Shown here piece by piece: positions 21,512 to 31,478 of a stretch of DNA of 64,000 bases. A program made the position numbers and the translations under genes. Source of the stretch: Promethearchaeota archaeon. GTDB taxonomy: Archaea; Asgardarchaeota; Lokiarchaeia; Sigyniarchaeales; SOKP01. Location: positions 96,001 to 160,000 of the forward strand of contig JAHLWS010000065.1 of the NCBI GenBank assembly GCA_019057795.1. Reading direction: 5' to 3'. Positions within the stretch are counted from its first letter, which is position 1; each line of letters begins with the position of its first letter. The notes under the pieces were generated by a model that made no database searches, was not told where the DNA came from, and worked only from the letters and a program-made list of their open reading frames with translations.

Positions 21512-22231
21512 ATGTCGGATAATAACATAGAAAAAATTAGACAAATACTTCATTATAAGGAAAGGGATGATTTATCTGAATTACTTTCTCAATCCAAATC
21601 TAAAGTCCAAGCTTCGTCGTCTTATGGAAGTAAATTAAATTCCATTTTAAGCACATTTGAAATTTACTCATCAATTGAATATACTGAAAAGTTAAGGAAT
21701 TTAAATAAGGAGGAACACGACCTTATTTTTCTTGCAGTTAAAGAAGTTTACCCTATTAGAGATGCTTCTCCAGAAATCATGGATGTAAAATATTACATTA
21801 GTTCCAGTGAGGAAAATAATGATCTCGATTCAGCGGATTCATTATGGGCTAATATTCATCCAGATATTACAAAAGTCTCAAAACAATTATTTAGTGATAA
21901 ACATTATGCACAAGCTGTTTTTTCTGCATTTATAGAAGTGAATTTTCGCGTGAAAAACATAGTTAAGAATAAAATTGGAGAGGAATTAGACGGAAAAGAT
22001 TTAATGTTCAAAGCTTTTAATTTAGGAGATCCAATAATTCAATTAAGTAATTGTTCAACTAAAACAGAAAAAAATATTCAAGAGGGATACGGACATCTAT
22101 TTGCTGGGGCAATCCAAGGTATTCGAAATCCAAAAGCCCATGAAAACATAACAATTGATGAAAATAGGGCAATACACTTTATATATTTAGCAAGTCTTTT
22201 AATGTATAAAATAGATGAATCATATCAGTAA
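21512..22231 (+). CDS. TIGR02391/Ymh-family HEPN protein
   Basis: IHPDI..HYAQAVFSAFIEV..LDGKDLM..GAIQGIRNPKAH. Confidence 0.85.
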   Translation: MSDNNIEKIRQILHYKERDDLSELLSQSKSKVQASSSYGSKLNSILSTFEIYSSIEYTEKLRNLNKEEHDLIFLAVKEVYPIRDASPEIMDVKYYISSSEENNDLDSADSLWANIHPDITKVSKQLFSDKHYAQAVFSAFIEVNFRVKNIVKNKIGEELDGKDLMFKAFNLGDPIIQLSNCSTKTEKNIQEGYGHLFAGAIQGIRNPKAHENITIDENRAIHFIYLASLLMYKIDESYQ

Positions 22232-22233
22232 AA

Positions 22234-23358
22234 TTATCCATACCCGTTTCCCTCTTTATTGCCCTTTTTACTTTTCTGTTTTTTTCGCTTGTATTTTTCG
22301 TAGCGAATCCTGTTTATCTCGACTGTCTCCCTTAATTCTTCGATATTCTTAATTCTATAACTCATTACAAGCATTTTATACCGTACTTCGCGCCCCAGCT
22401 CTAATTCGTGGTCGATTAGCTGAACGTGGATGGTGTGCGGAAATTTCCCCCCCGTTCTTACGAGCCCTTTTTTTATTCTTCTGGTTGGTTTTTTGCAAAC
22501 TTTACATTTGTGGGGGATGTATTTCGTTACCGTGTGAATAGGTTCTAAATGCTTAGAATTTACGAACCCCGTTGTCTCGTAGGCGGGCTTTAGTTTTCCG
22601 TCGCCCTTTCTCCACAACGCACAATGGGTAAGGGTATAAAAAAGCGTATGGTAAGCGTCTTCCCTGCTTCCGAAATTAACGTACACCCAATCTTTAAATT
22701 TTTCCCTAAAATCATTCGCGTGTAGCACGTAACCGTACCCTATGTAGTGAAAGTGAGGGCTTAGAATCCGTTTTAAGTCTTGAGTTTCGCACGAACACCC
22801 GTAGTCTTTTTTTCCGCAAGTTCTACACTGCTTAACCCATAGATCGAGTATTAAAACGCCTCCAAATAGTCCAGATTCTTCTAAAATAGTATTTACTACG
22901 CGTTCCCTTCTAAATTTGAGAAATTTATCGTAATCCGTTAGTATTTCCTTCAGTAACTCTTTTGTCGGGCTTAAGGCGATGTGCTTTACCATACCAATTT
23001 TAACACCTTCTTTTAACGCTTTTTCTCTAAGTTCCTTCAATTTCCCGTTTAACTCTCTTGCTCTCGTTGACGAGGCTTGGATAAAACAAGATTCGCAATC
23101 CATTTTGTTGCAATGGTTGTAATGTAGCGTGAGGCTTTTGTATATGTGGTCTTTACACGCGCTAGCTCCTCGAAAAGTGTTGCAATTATCCCTGTACCTC
23201 CCGTCGTCGTGCGTTTTCTCGAAATTTCCGCTCCCCGCGATTATCCAGTTTGCTAATCTCTCGAATTCTAAAGCTTGGTTCTCTTTTATCTGGTCTATTA
23301 CGTTGTATTTGCTTTCAGTTAGGATTTCTACTTCTAAAGCCATTTTTTGTCGTTGCAA
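22234..23358 (-). CDS. HUH rolling-circle replication initiator/endonuclease (SNJ1 RepA/IS91-like, Zn-binding)
   Basis: N-terminal C..C..CxxxxCxxC cluster; motif 1 KHIALSP, motif 2 SPHFHYIG, motif 3 YHTLFYTLTH; extra CxxC pairs. Confidence 0.8.
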   Translation of the reverse strand: MQRQKMALEVEILTESKYNVIDQIKENQALEFERLANWIIAGSGNFEKTHDDGRYRDNCNTFRGASACKDHIYKSLTLHYNHCNKMDCESCFIQASSTRARELNGKLKELREKALKEGVKIGMVKHIALSPTKELLKEILTDYDKFLKFRRERVVNTILEESGLFGGVLILDLWVKQCRTCGKKDYGCSCETQDLKRILSPHFHYIGYGYVLHANDFREKFKDWVYVNFGSREDAYHTLFYTLTHCALWRKGDGKLKPAYETTGFVNSKHLEPIHTVTKYIPHKCKVCKKPTRRIKKGLVRTGGKFPHTIHVQLIDHELELGREVRYKMLVMSYRIKNIEELRETVEINRIRYEKYKRKKQKSKKGNKEGNGYG

Positions 23359-23707
23359 ATTTTTTTGATTTCGTTAGATTTTTGTACTTTAATTACTTCC
23401 AATCGACCTTTAAAAACTGCCCGACAAAATTTCGTGTCACGATATTCTAAATCCTTTATCTCCTAAGAATTCCCCCTTCAATCGTTTTAAATAATCCTTA
23501 GATTCTTAAAAATAATATTAAAGTAATAATAATTAAATTAAATTCAATTATTTATTTCTCAGAATAGATTTAATATCTCCTTAGTCTTATAATATTTTAA
23601 ATCTGTTTTTTTTTAGATTTACTTAATATCATTTTTAAATTTTATTCAAAAAATATTAAAGAAAGAAAGTGTTAATATAAAAATGCATTTCTGTAAATGA
23701 ACCTAAT

Positions 23708-24589
23708 ATGAAAGACTTTTGGAATAAAGAAACCGAAAAAAGATTTTTTAAACAGGCTTTAAAAAATTTCGCGACAGTAGAAAAGTTGTTCTATAAAACT
23801 AATAAGGGTGAATACTTTGCTTATTGGAAAAAAAAATATGAAGGTGAAAGATACACGCTTCAAAGCAGAAATTCATTAATCGGTAATTTTACCGAAAAAT
23901 ATTCGAAAGATTTATTACAGGAAACTGTCCAAGAGAGAAATTTATATGCCGTAAATAATGTTGTATGTAAAGAAATCGGTTTAACTAGAAGATCACCTGC
24001 TGATGTGGTAATTTCAAAAAGGAATCAGATTAATTTAAGACCAGAGGATATAGTTTTAATAGTAGAAGTTAAAATGTCTCTCGTTTGGAACTGGAGGTAT
24101 GAAATAAAAGGATCTGAAAATATTTTTAAATGTGTTGGAGATTACTTATCTCATGCAGGAACCCCCGGATTATTACGTTCAGATTCAATGTTAAAAGCAA
24201 TAGGAAAAAGCATTAATATAAGAGTTTCTGATTTTCAATCATCTAAAATTCCGATTATTATTTTAGGAAATACGCCAATTACAAATAATTATTATGATAA
24301 AGTTGACCATTTAAAAATTGCAGGTATTATTCAAGGTTTTTGCTCAATTAACCCATCCCCTATAAATGATACTACCCGAAATATAAAATCTACTCCTAAG
24401 CATGGATTTATTAGATTTGATAGATTTGACGAGTTTAAGAAGTATATTAATAAAATTATTTCATCTGATTATAACTTCTTTTCTAGCATGAAAAATCGGA
24501 AAGATTTGGGTATAATCATTGAAAAAGCAAATAAAAAACAAACTTATGAGGAAAAAGCTGAAGAATTTCTTAGATTAATACGAAATTAG
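23708..24589 (+). CDS. Putative type II restriction endonuclease (PD-(D/E)xK)
   Basis: PADVVI...IVEVK; directly upstream of a DNA methyltransferase. Confidence 0.7.
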   Translation: MKDFWNKETEKRFFKQALKNFATVEKLFYKTNKGEYFAYWKKKYEGERYTLQSRNSLIGNFTEKYSKDLLQETVQERNLYAVNNVVCKEIGLTRRSPADVVISKRNQINLRPEDIVLIVEVKMSLVWNWRYEIKGSENIFKCVGDYLSHAGTPGLLRSDSMLKAIGKSINIRVSDFQSSKIPIIILGNTPITNNYYDKVDHLKIAGIIQGFCSINPSPINDTTRNIKSTPKHGFIRFDRFDEFKKYINKIISSDYNFFSSMKNRKDLGIIIEKANKKQTYEEKAEEFLRLIRN

Positions 24590-24655
24590 AAAATTTATAA
24601 AATCTTAACCTCTTATTAGTGAATTTTTTATACATATTTTCTTATTATTATTATA

Positions 24656-25570
24656 ATGCCAGTTAATAATAGTAAGGGTACAAAAACAAGTTCATTTGGA
24701 GTCTCTAAACGAGAAGGTCATGACTCGTCCCATTTTTATAATTCTAAATTATATGAAAACATTACTAGACCTAAAATTGTTAAATATATTGATAATTCTA
24801 AATTAATTTCTCCTAAAGTATTGGATCATGTAATTTTAGGAGATAGTAGAGATATGCATTTAATCCCCGATAACTCTATTCATCTTATGGTTACATCCCC
24901 GCCGTATAATGTTAGAAAAGATTACGATGATGATTTATCATTATTAGAATATTTGCATCTACTTGAAGGGGTTTTTAAAGAAACTTGGCGTGTTTTAGTG
25001 CCTGGGGGAAGAGTTGCTATTAATGTTGCTAATGTAGGACGAAAGCCTTATATTCCTCTTCATGCATATTTTATCGAAATAATGTTTAATATAGGATTTC
25101 ATATGCGAGGAGAAATCATCTGGAATAAAGCTGCTTCTGCAGGCGTATCAACAGCGTGGGGATCATTCGCTTCTGCAAGTAATCCATGTCTAAGAGATGT
25201 GCATGAATATATTTTAATATTTTCAAAATTAACAAACAAACTTGAAAAGGAACAAAGGGAAAACTCAATAGAAAAAAAAGATTTTGTTGAGTGGTCAAAG
25301 TCAATTTGGTCGTTTTCAGCAGCTTCTGCTAGGAAAATTGGTCATCCTGCTCCTTTTCCAGAAGAATTACCTCGCCGATTAATAGAATTTTACACTTATA
25401 AGGGTGATGTTATATTAGATCCTTTTATTGGAAGTGGAACAACAGCTATTGCCTCATTAAAGTTAAATAGACATTATATTGGTTATGAAATATCGCCAGA
25501 ATTTGTTAATTTAGCAAAAAAAAGAATTTCAAATGTAAAAGACCAATTAAAAATTGATAATTTCATTTAA
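24656..25570 (+). CDS. Site-specific DNA methyltransferase, beta class (N4-C/N6-A)
   Basis: TSPPY precedes HPAPFP and DPFIGSGTT. Confidence 0.92.
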   Translation: MPVNNSKGTKTSSFGVSKREGHDSSHFYNSKLYENITRPKIVKYIDNSKLISPKVLDHVILGDSRDMHLIPDNSIHLMVTSPPYNVRKDYDDDLSLLEYLHLLEGVFKETWRVLVPGGRVAINVANVGRKPYIPLHAYFIEIMFNIGFHMRGEIIWNKAASAGVSTAWGSFASASNPCLRDVHEYILIFSKLTNKLEKEQRENSIEKKDFVEWSKSIWSFSAASARKIGHPAPFPEELPRRLIEFYTYKGDVILDPFIGSGTTAIASLKLNRHYIGYEISPEFVNLAKKRISNVKDQLKIDNFI

Positions 25571-25582
25571 TCTTTTAAAGTT

Positions 25583-27307
25583 TTATTCTTTATCCTTTTC
25601 GATCTCTTCCAAAAATCCTTCGGTTAGCAATAAGTTATCTATAAACTTATCAAATTCCTCTACTTTTTTGTCTTCCTCTTCCAATTTAACTGAACATAGC
25701 ACGCAATAATCGGCGTTCGTCGCGATTTCTTTCCCGCAAAACTTACAAAAACTTTTCGCTTCAAGTTTTTTATCTCTTGATAACGTGCCTTCCTTTTGCG
25801 TTTCCTTTTGTTTTTCCGTCCGTTCTAAAATCTCCTCGTTTTTTTCCACGATTTCCTCGTCCGAGAGCCAACTCCTCTTAACGTGTTCCGTTGCCATCGC
25901 GAACGGTTTCTCGATCGAGTTAACTCTAATTAAACATTGCCCCCTTTTTAACATCGATAAGTATTCCTTCTGCCATTCCTTTAAATTTAGTAATTCTTGC
26001 ATTAAGTCTTTTTGCATGTGTACTTGAAACGTAACGAGCACCCCGCAATTTGCTAATATTTCCCTGCTAATGTTAGGGCGGGTCGCGAGCGAAATCAAAC
26101 ATTCCCCAGTCCCCCTCAACAATAACGCGATATCCTCGATGTAAGAAGTGAGTTTTGTTCTACTACTAAGTTCTTGGGGGGCGAAATACTGCGCGTCCTC
26201 TATTATTGTTACGTGCTTAATTCCCTCGTAATTTTTGCTCCCCGTTTCTATGTTCTTGTCCCACAAATATTTTAGCACCATGTTTAAGAAAAACAACGCG
26301 TCTTCTTTTTCTCCCCCTTTGCGGATGATCGAGCTCAAGTCTAATAAAACCCTGTGGTTAAACAGCTCTTTCACGTTAAGACCGCTTTTCTTGTCGAATA
26401 TGTTTTTTAACGTGCTTACAGAATAGCGACGGATTCTATTTCTGATCGCTTGAACGCTTTTTTTCATGGTAAAATCTTCTTGTTTCGCGTAATATTTATC
26501 AAATTCGCTAAAAAACTTGTCCCAGCTCCTATTTTCTTCTTTTGGACAAATTTCGTATAGAATGTCGATAAATACTTTTTCCATTTGAGGCGAATAATCG
26601 ACGTTCTCTAACAAACCCCCGCTTTCGAAGATTTTAAACACCCTTTCTGCGTGAATGTACGGGTCTCCCCCTTCGGGATCGAAAATGTTAATCGAAAAGT
26701 TCTCGCCCGGCTTTAGTATCAGCAAATTGTCGATTTTCTTCTGCAAAAATTGGTATTCCCCCTTAAATTCCGTTAAAAGAAAGGGGATGTCGTATTTTTT
26801 AGTAAAATTCAACAGAAAATGTTGCAAAAAATTGCTTTTTCCCGTGCCCGTCGTTCCGCACACAAACATGTGTTGCGCTAAATCGTCAACGTTGAGGCTA
26901 AATTTATGCTTGACCTTGTGCTTGTCGATAACCCTTCCTATGTTTATGTTACCGATCTTAGACTCGGATTTTGACGGGTATTCCATTATCAGTTCGAATA
27001 TTTTCGGAGATTTAAAAGTGTATAGGAACAAAATGGAAGAAATAACTAAACTTAATTGAGAACCCCCTATAAAAACTATTTCTATAATAGATGACGACGG
27101 CTCTGCCGTAAATATTTCTAAATTAACTATCAAAAAAACGAATAAAATCACAAATATGACTATAATAGCGCAACGCATCGCTATTATCATAATGCTGTGC
27201 TTTATACCTCGTCTTTTACGCTTCTCTTTTGAGTTTGAGTAAAATAAAAACAAAATAAGAGCGATAGGAATAAGCGATAAAATGAAATACGGTAGTAGCG
27301 TGTCCAT
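25583..27307 (-). CDS. Membrane-anchored HerA/FtsK/VirB4-like ATPase with C-terminal zinc ribbon
   Basis: Three N-terminal TM helices, HMFVCGTTGTGKS (Walker A), TIIEDAQ (variant Walker B), CKFC...CVLC. Confidence 0.85.
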   Translation of the reverse strand: MDTLLPYFILSLIPIALILFLFYSNSKEKRKRRGIKHSIMIIAMRCAIIVIFVILFVFLIVNLEIFTAEPSSSIIEIVFIGGSQLSLVISSILFLYTFKSPKIFELIMEYPSKSESKIGNINIGRVIDKHKVKHKFSLNVDDLAQHMFVCGTTGTGKSNFLQHFLLNFTKKYDIPFLLTEFKGEYQFLQKKIDNLLILKPGENFSINIFDPEGGDPYIHAERVFKIFESGGLLENVDYSPQMEKVFIDILYEICPKEENRSWDKFFSEFDKYYAKQEDFTMKKSVQAIRNRIRRYSVSTLKNIFDKKSGLNVKELFNHRVLLDLSSIIRKGGEKEDALFFLNMVLKYLWDKNIETGSKNYEGIKHVTIIEDAQYFAPQELSSRTKLTSYIEDIALLLRGTGECLISLATRPNISREILANCGVLVTFQVHMQKDLMQELLNLKEWQKEYLSMLKRGQCLIRVNSIEKPFAMATEHVKRSWLSDEEIVEKNEEILERTEKQKETQKEGTLSRDKKLEAKSFCKFCGKEIATNADYCVLCSVKLEEEDKKVEEFDKFIDNLLLTEGFLEEIEKDKE

Positions 27308-27449
27308 TAAAACAATTATTTTGATAGAATGTTATAAACTCCTATTTTTTAAATACAATAGTAGAAAGATAGTATTTTTATAGACTAAATTTGATAAAAT
27401 TTTTTACTTGTATTATACCTTCATGATTGACATATAATAAAAAGAGAAT

Positions 27450-28325
27450 TTATTTAATTCTGGAACTAAGGCATTCTAGAATATTTGAAATTGTTTTGAA
27501 GTCTTGTATTGGATTATCATCAAATGCAAACTTCATTATCTTATCAATTCCAAAATTTTGAATATCTATAATAATTTCAAGATTTTGATTACAATTGACA
27601 TTAATTAAAATTCGTGTTACTTCCTTTTTGTTTTTGAAAAAAATAAAATCTGTAATTTTTATAATATTTCTTTCAAGATAGGAAACACCTAATGATTGTA
27701 ATAAAACTTTATGTGTTTTAATTAAATCTAATGCTGATATAATTGCCCCTGTGAATTTATTTCGAGGTCGAAAGGAAGAATTATAAATATGTGAACAAAT
27801 CTCTTGTAAAGCATTTATACATTGAATTTTTGTGTCTTTTTCTTTAACTAATTTTTGAGCTTCAAATTTATCTTTTCTTATAGGGTTTAAATAATTAGAA
27901 GGTGTGATATTCTCGTTTTTATTTATAAATTGAACTTCATTTAATATTTCTTCAGCAATTTCAATATATTGTTGCGCATATTCTTTATTAAAATGGTGGC
28001 TTATGGAAGATTGACCGTGCTGGTAAATATTTCTTTGGTTATGCAAAGCTTCTAATCTTTTAAAATCAGGGATATTAGGGGATTTAGATTTTAATACTTT
28101 ATTATACAGATCATAAAATGAATAAGTTATACTCCTACTACTTTTATTTTTTCTTGTAAAATTTAATCCATTTTCTATAGCGATAATGATACAAATTTTA
28201 GATATTAAATTATCAGTTAAGTAATGTCCAAGCTCATAAAATTGTGGATTATCGGAATTACATAATTCTTTAGCAAAACTAAACATTTTCTTAATTATAT
28301 TTCTCTCTATCTTTTTGTTCGGCAT
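27450..28325 (-). CDS. Putative HEPN-like protein, paralog of 19557..20384
   Basis: YELGHYLTDNLISKIC...QRNIYQH. Confidence 0.6.
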   Translation of the reverse strand: MPNKKIERNIIKKMFSFAKELCNSDNPQFYELGHYLTDNLISKICIIIAIENGLNFTRKNKSSRSITYSFYDLYNKVLKSKSPNIPDFKRLEALHNQRNIYQHGQSSISHHFNKEYAQQYIEIAEEILNEVQFINKNENITPSNYLNPIRKDKFEAQKLVKEKDTKIQCINALQEICSHIYNSSFRPRNKFTGAIISALDLIKTHKVLLQSLGVSYLERNIIKITDFIFFKNKKEVTRILINVNCNQNLEIIIDIQNFGIDKIMKFAFDDNPIQDFKTISNILECLSSRIK

Positions 28326-28409
28326 TTTAATTTTATTCAGACAATATAATTTTATAGGATTTTATTCAAATATTTTTATAATCCGATTATTGTTGAATTA
28401 TTATATTAT

Positions 28410-28745
28410 TTATTTAGTGACTTCAATTCCAAATTCTTCTAAATTAAACATTTTTTTATACCTTAAACCTCCCCCTTTAACAGAAATCGGTTCTACAATA
28501 TTAGATTTTGCCCAATCATTCCAATATTTAACTACTGTTGAATGACCTACAGAAACCTTCTCTGCTATTTTTCTGCTACTATTTTTACCATCACTATCAT
28601 GATATATTGATTGTTTTATATCATTATTTAATACACTAAGTAATACTTCTTTTGCTTTACTCCAAGCTTGAAATTTAGTCCATTTTACAAGTTCTTGTAA
28701 TAATTTTATAATTTGGTCATCTTGTCCTTTATTCATACTTTTCAC
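28410..28745 (-). CDS. HTH DNA-binding protein
   Basis: SSRKIAEKVSVGHSTVVKYW. Confidence 0.7.
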   Translation of the reverse strand: MKSMNKGQDDQIIKLLQELVKWTKFQAWSKAKEVLLSVLNNDIKQSIYHDSDGKNSSRKIAEKVSVGHSTVVKYWNDWAKSNIVEPISVKGGGLRYKKMFNLEEFGIEVTK

Positions 28746-29250
28746 CTTTAATTATTTTTGCAATAGCATCGTTTTTGTTTAATTTGTTTTGTAATACTTC
28801 TTTAATTAAGTTAAATAGAAATTTAGTAGTAAAAAACGTAAACCCATAATAATTTAGAAATTTTTTAGCGTTAGGTGTTAATGGATCATCTCTTTCATCA
28901 GGATTTTTATTCCTATAATGATTTATTACAAAAATTCCTTTTAATTCATTAGCTTTAGATGTTATCACCAGTTCTTGTTGAATCCAACTATCTAATTGGA
29001 TTATATCTTCTTTTTTGCCTTGTTTTGTTAGTCCTTTAACTTCTAAAATATATTTTATTCCTTCATGAATAAAAGAAATATCATGATTATTACTATCGTT
29101 TACAAGAACAACATCTTCTAAATTTAATAATTTCAAGCAATATGTAACTGCTTCTTCAAGTGGTTTACCTGTTCCATATAATAGACTTTCAATAATTTCA
29201 AAATGATTTATATTTTCTTTCAATTTTTTAATTTTTTTTATCGTTTCCAT
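28729..29250 (-). CDS. PD-(D/E)xK (Mrr-like) nuclease domain, possibly N-truncated
   Basis: GKPLEEAV..HDISF..ILEVKG..IIQLDSW..GIFVINH. Confidence 0.65.
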   Translation of the reverse strand: METIKKIKKLKENINHFEIIESLLYGTGKPLEEAVTYCLKLLNLEDVVLVNDSNNHDISFIHEGIKYILEVKGLTKQGKKEDIIQLDSWIQQELVITSKANELKGIFVINHYRNKNPDERDDPLTPNAKKFLNYYGFTFFTTKFLFNLIKEVLQNKLNKNDAIAKIIKGEKYE

Positions 29251-29372
29251 ATCTATTATTATAACTGTTATAGTTAATATAACACATAAGCGCAGTTAAA
29301 TAAACTAAGAGTCCTATAATTTTTCGTATAACAGAAAAAGATATATATACTATAATTGTTTCTATTACTATT

Positions 29373-29525
29373 ATGGAAAGTAAAAAAATTACGACTTTAA
29401 TAAAAAGTCCTACTAAGAAAGGAGATCAGTATTATTTCAGTATACCTATAGAATTTATTCGTTCAAAAAAAATTGACCCTGAGAAAAACTACGAAATTCA
29501 AATTTTCTCTTTATCTCAGGACTAA
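29373..29525 (+). CDS. Small AbrB-like DNA-binding protein (50 aa, not in ORF track)
   Basis: MESKKITTLIKSPTKKGDQYYFSIPIEFIRSKKIDPEKNYEIQI; BRE/TATA-like aaaagatatatata ~30 bp upstream. Confidence 0.6.
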   Translation: MESKKITTLIKSPTKKGDQYYFSIPIEFIRSKKIDPEKNYEIQIFSLSQD

Positions 29526-29640
29526 AGTTTTTAGTAATTTATTAAAGATATGTGTAGTAAAGAGTTAAAAATTTATAAACATAAATTTCAATATTTAGTA
29601 TAAGAATAAAAATCGAAAAGAATTTATTACTTTTAATAAA

Positions 29641-30792
29641 ATGAAACTGAATAAATTAAAATTGTATGGCAATATTGGTAAATTCTTCCCTTATTTAATG
29701 ATTCTTTATTTTACAGTTAGCTACTTATTCTTTTTTGAAAGCATAATCAATTTATTTCTTTTAATTTCATTCTTAGCTGTATTTATATTTTCTATTATTC
29801 AGTATGTAAAATTATATAAAAAAAACACTAAAGAAATTAAAACAGAACTTGAAAATGAAATTAAAAACATGAAAATAAATTCTACTTTATTCACACCTGA
29901 ATTTCTCATATCATATGCGAGAAAAATACCCTTTACATCTAAAAGGAGTATGGATAGGATTAAGATTCTTATCGCTCATTTATTTAAACAAAAAGAACTT
30001 GAAAGAGAAAAGTTGGTTAGTGCTTTCCAAGGTAAATTTTTTGAGAAAATAAAAGAATCTTTACAGATTTTACTCTATTTTATAAATATAGAAGAATATG
30101 AATTAAATAAATATTTATCTATTAAGAGAAAAAAGCACTTCTTATTCTGGTCAATTTCTCAAGTCATAGTATTAAGTTTAATATTAATTTTTGGATTTTT
30201 AATTGCATTTATTGAACTTCCTCAATTTTTTATTTTCTTTCTCTTTCTAATAATTCTCCTTCTTTTTGTGATTTTTAGAGATATTAAATTGGTTGTTAAT
30301 AAGAAGTTCCAAAATGGTCTTAATAGATACCACAAAAATAAGAAAATATTTAGTGAATATCAAATATCACTTAATTTGCTATGCAATAATCATTATTTTC
30401 TTTCTTTAGAACAATATAAGGATGTCAAATCATTATTGAATTTAACAAATTTAAAAATTAATTACTATAAGGAGATAATAAAACCATATTATTTTTATAT
30501 GTTGAAATATGAAATTATTGGTTTTTTTGGAATTCTCTGTGTAATCATTAGTGCTATTTTTCAAGAGATATCCCATCAAATTTCAATAACTTTATTTAAT
30601 TTTAATATTATAACTATAATCCTCTTTTTAGTCTTTATTTGCGGTTTTATCATAATCCCAATTATACTATTTAGAAAACCTCTCAAAATTAATATTTTAA
30701 TTGATGAAAGAGGTAAGAAGCTTAAAGAAAACTTAGAACTTCTTAAAGTATGCCAATATGCATTTATAATAATCAATAAAAATCAAAATTAG
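29641..30792 (+). CDS. Multi-pass membrane protein, unknown function
   Basis: Three pairs of TM helices; extremely AT-rich. Confidence 0.6.
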   Translation: MKLNKLKLYGNIGKFFPYLMILYFTVSYLFFFESIINLFLLISFLAVFIFSIIQYVKLYKKNTKEIKTELENEIKNMKINSTLFTPEFLISYARKIPFTSKRSMDRIKILIAHLFKQKELEREKLVSAFQGKFFEKIKESLQILLYFINIEEYELNKYLSIKRKKHFLFWSISQVIVLSLILIFGFLIAFIELPQFFIFFLFLIILLLFVIFRDIKLVVNKKFQNGLNRYHKNKKIFSEYQISLNLLCNNHYFLSLEQYKDVKSLLNLTNLKINYYKEIIKPYYFYMLKYEIIGFFGILCVIISAIFQEISHQISITLFNFNIITIILFLVFICGFIIIPIILFRKPLKINILIDERGKKLKENLELLKVCQYAFIIINKNQN

Positions 30793-30963
30793 TAGAATAG
30801 TTTTTCTAAATTGCTTAGGTTTCATAAGATTAGTTCTTTTTAAATAAAGTAACAATGAAAAATATTTATAAATTTAATTCGGTTCTAATTACGTTAAATT
30901 ATTCAATCTTAAAAATCATGATTCTATACCATCTGATGTTTATAAAAATTAAAACAGGATACT

Positions 30964-31196
30964 GCTTCGCAACCATCCTTAGATGATCGGGGTTGATGGG
31001 GGGTTTATCCCCCCCTAAATTACGATACTTCCGCGTTCAAAAAAAATATGGCTTAAAAGCTTCGAGACCAAAAACATCCCGTTAAAAAGTAGATAGTAGA
31101 TACATGTAAGTTAAAAGATTCGGAGCGACCCGTTAGCCCTTGATGGTTGCGAAGCGAAGCGAAGCAAGGTCGCGACAGCGGAGCGTAAGCGACGCT
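30964..31196. other. GC-rich structured non-coding region, candidate rolling-circle origin
   Basis: 14-bp inverted repeat 30964-30977/31142-31155, G6-tttat-C7 hairpin 30998-31015, (GCGAA)3, palindrome gtcgcgac. Confidence 0.55.
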
Positions 31197-31478
31197 AAAT
31201 ACTATTTTTTTCGTGCGGAAAAAGGAAAGAAAAAAAAATACGCCCTTTATATTCTGAATTTCTAAAGGAACAACCGTTGATGAAAGCTGTTAAACAAAAA
31301 TGTAATTTGTATCGTTATTTTTAGTACTTTGTTTAACGCGTTTTAAATAAAGATCAATATTATTAAAACCATAATAAATTCTCTTATAAATATTATAGTC
31401 TATACATTATTTGTAAACATTGATGTTTAACACCAATATTATAATAAATATTTACTATAAGAGGAAAAAAAATTTATA

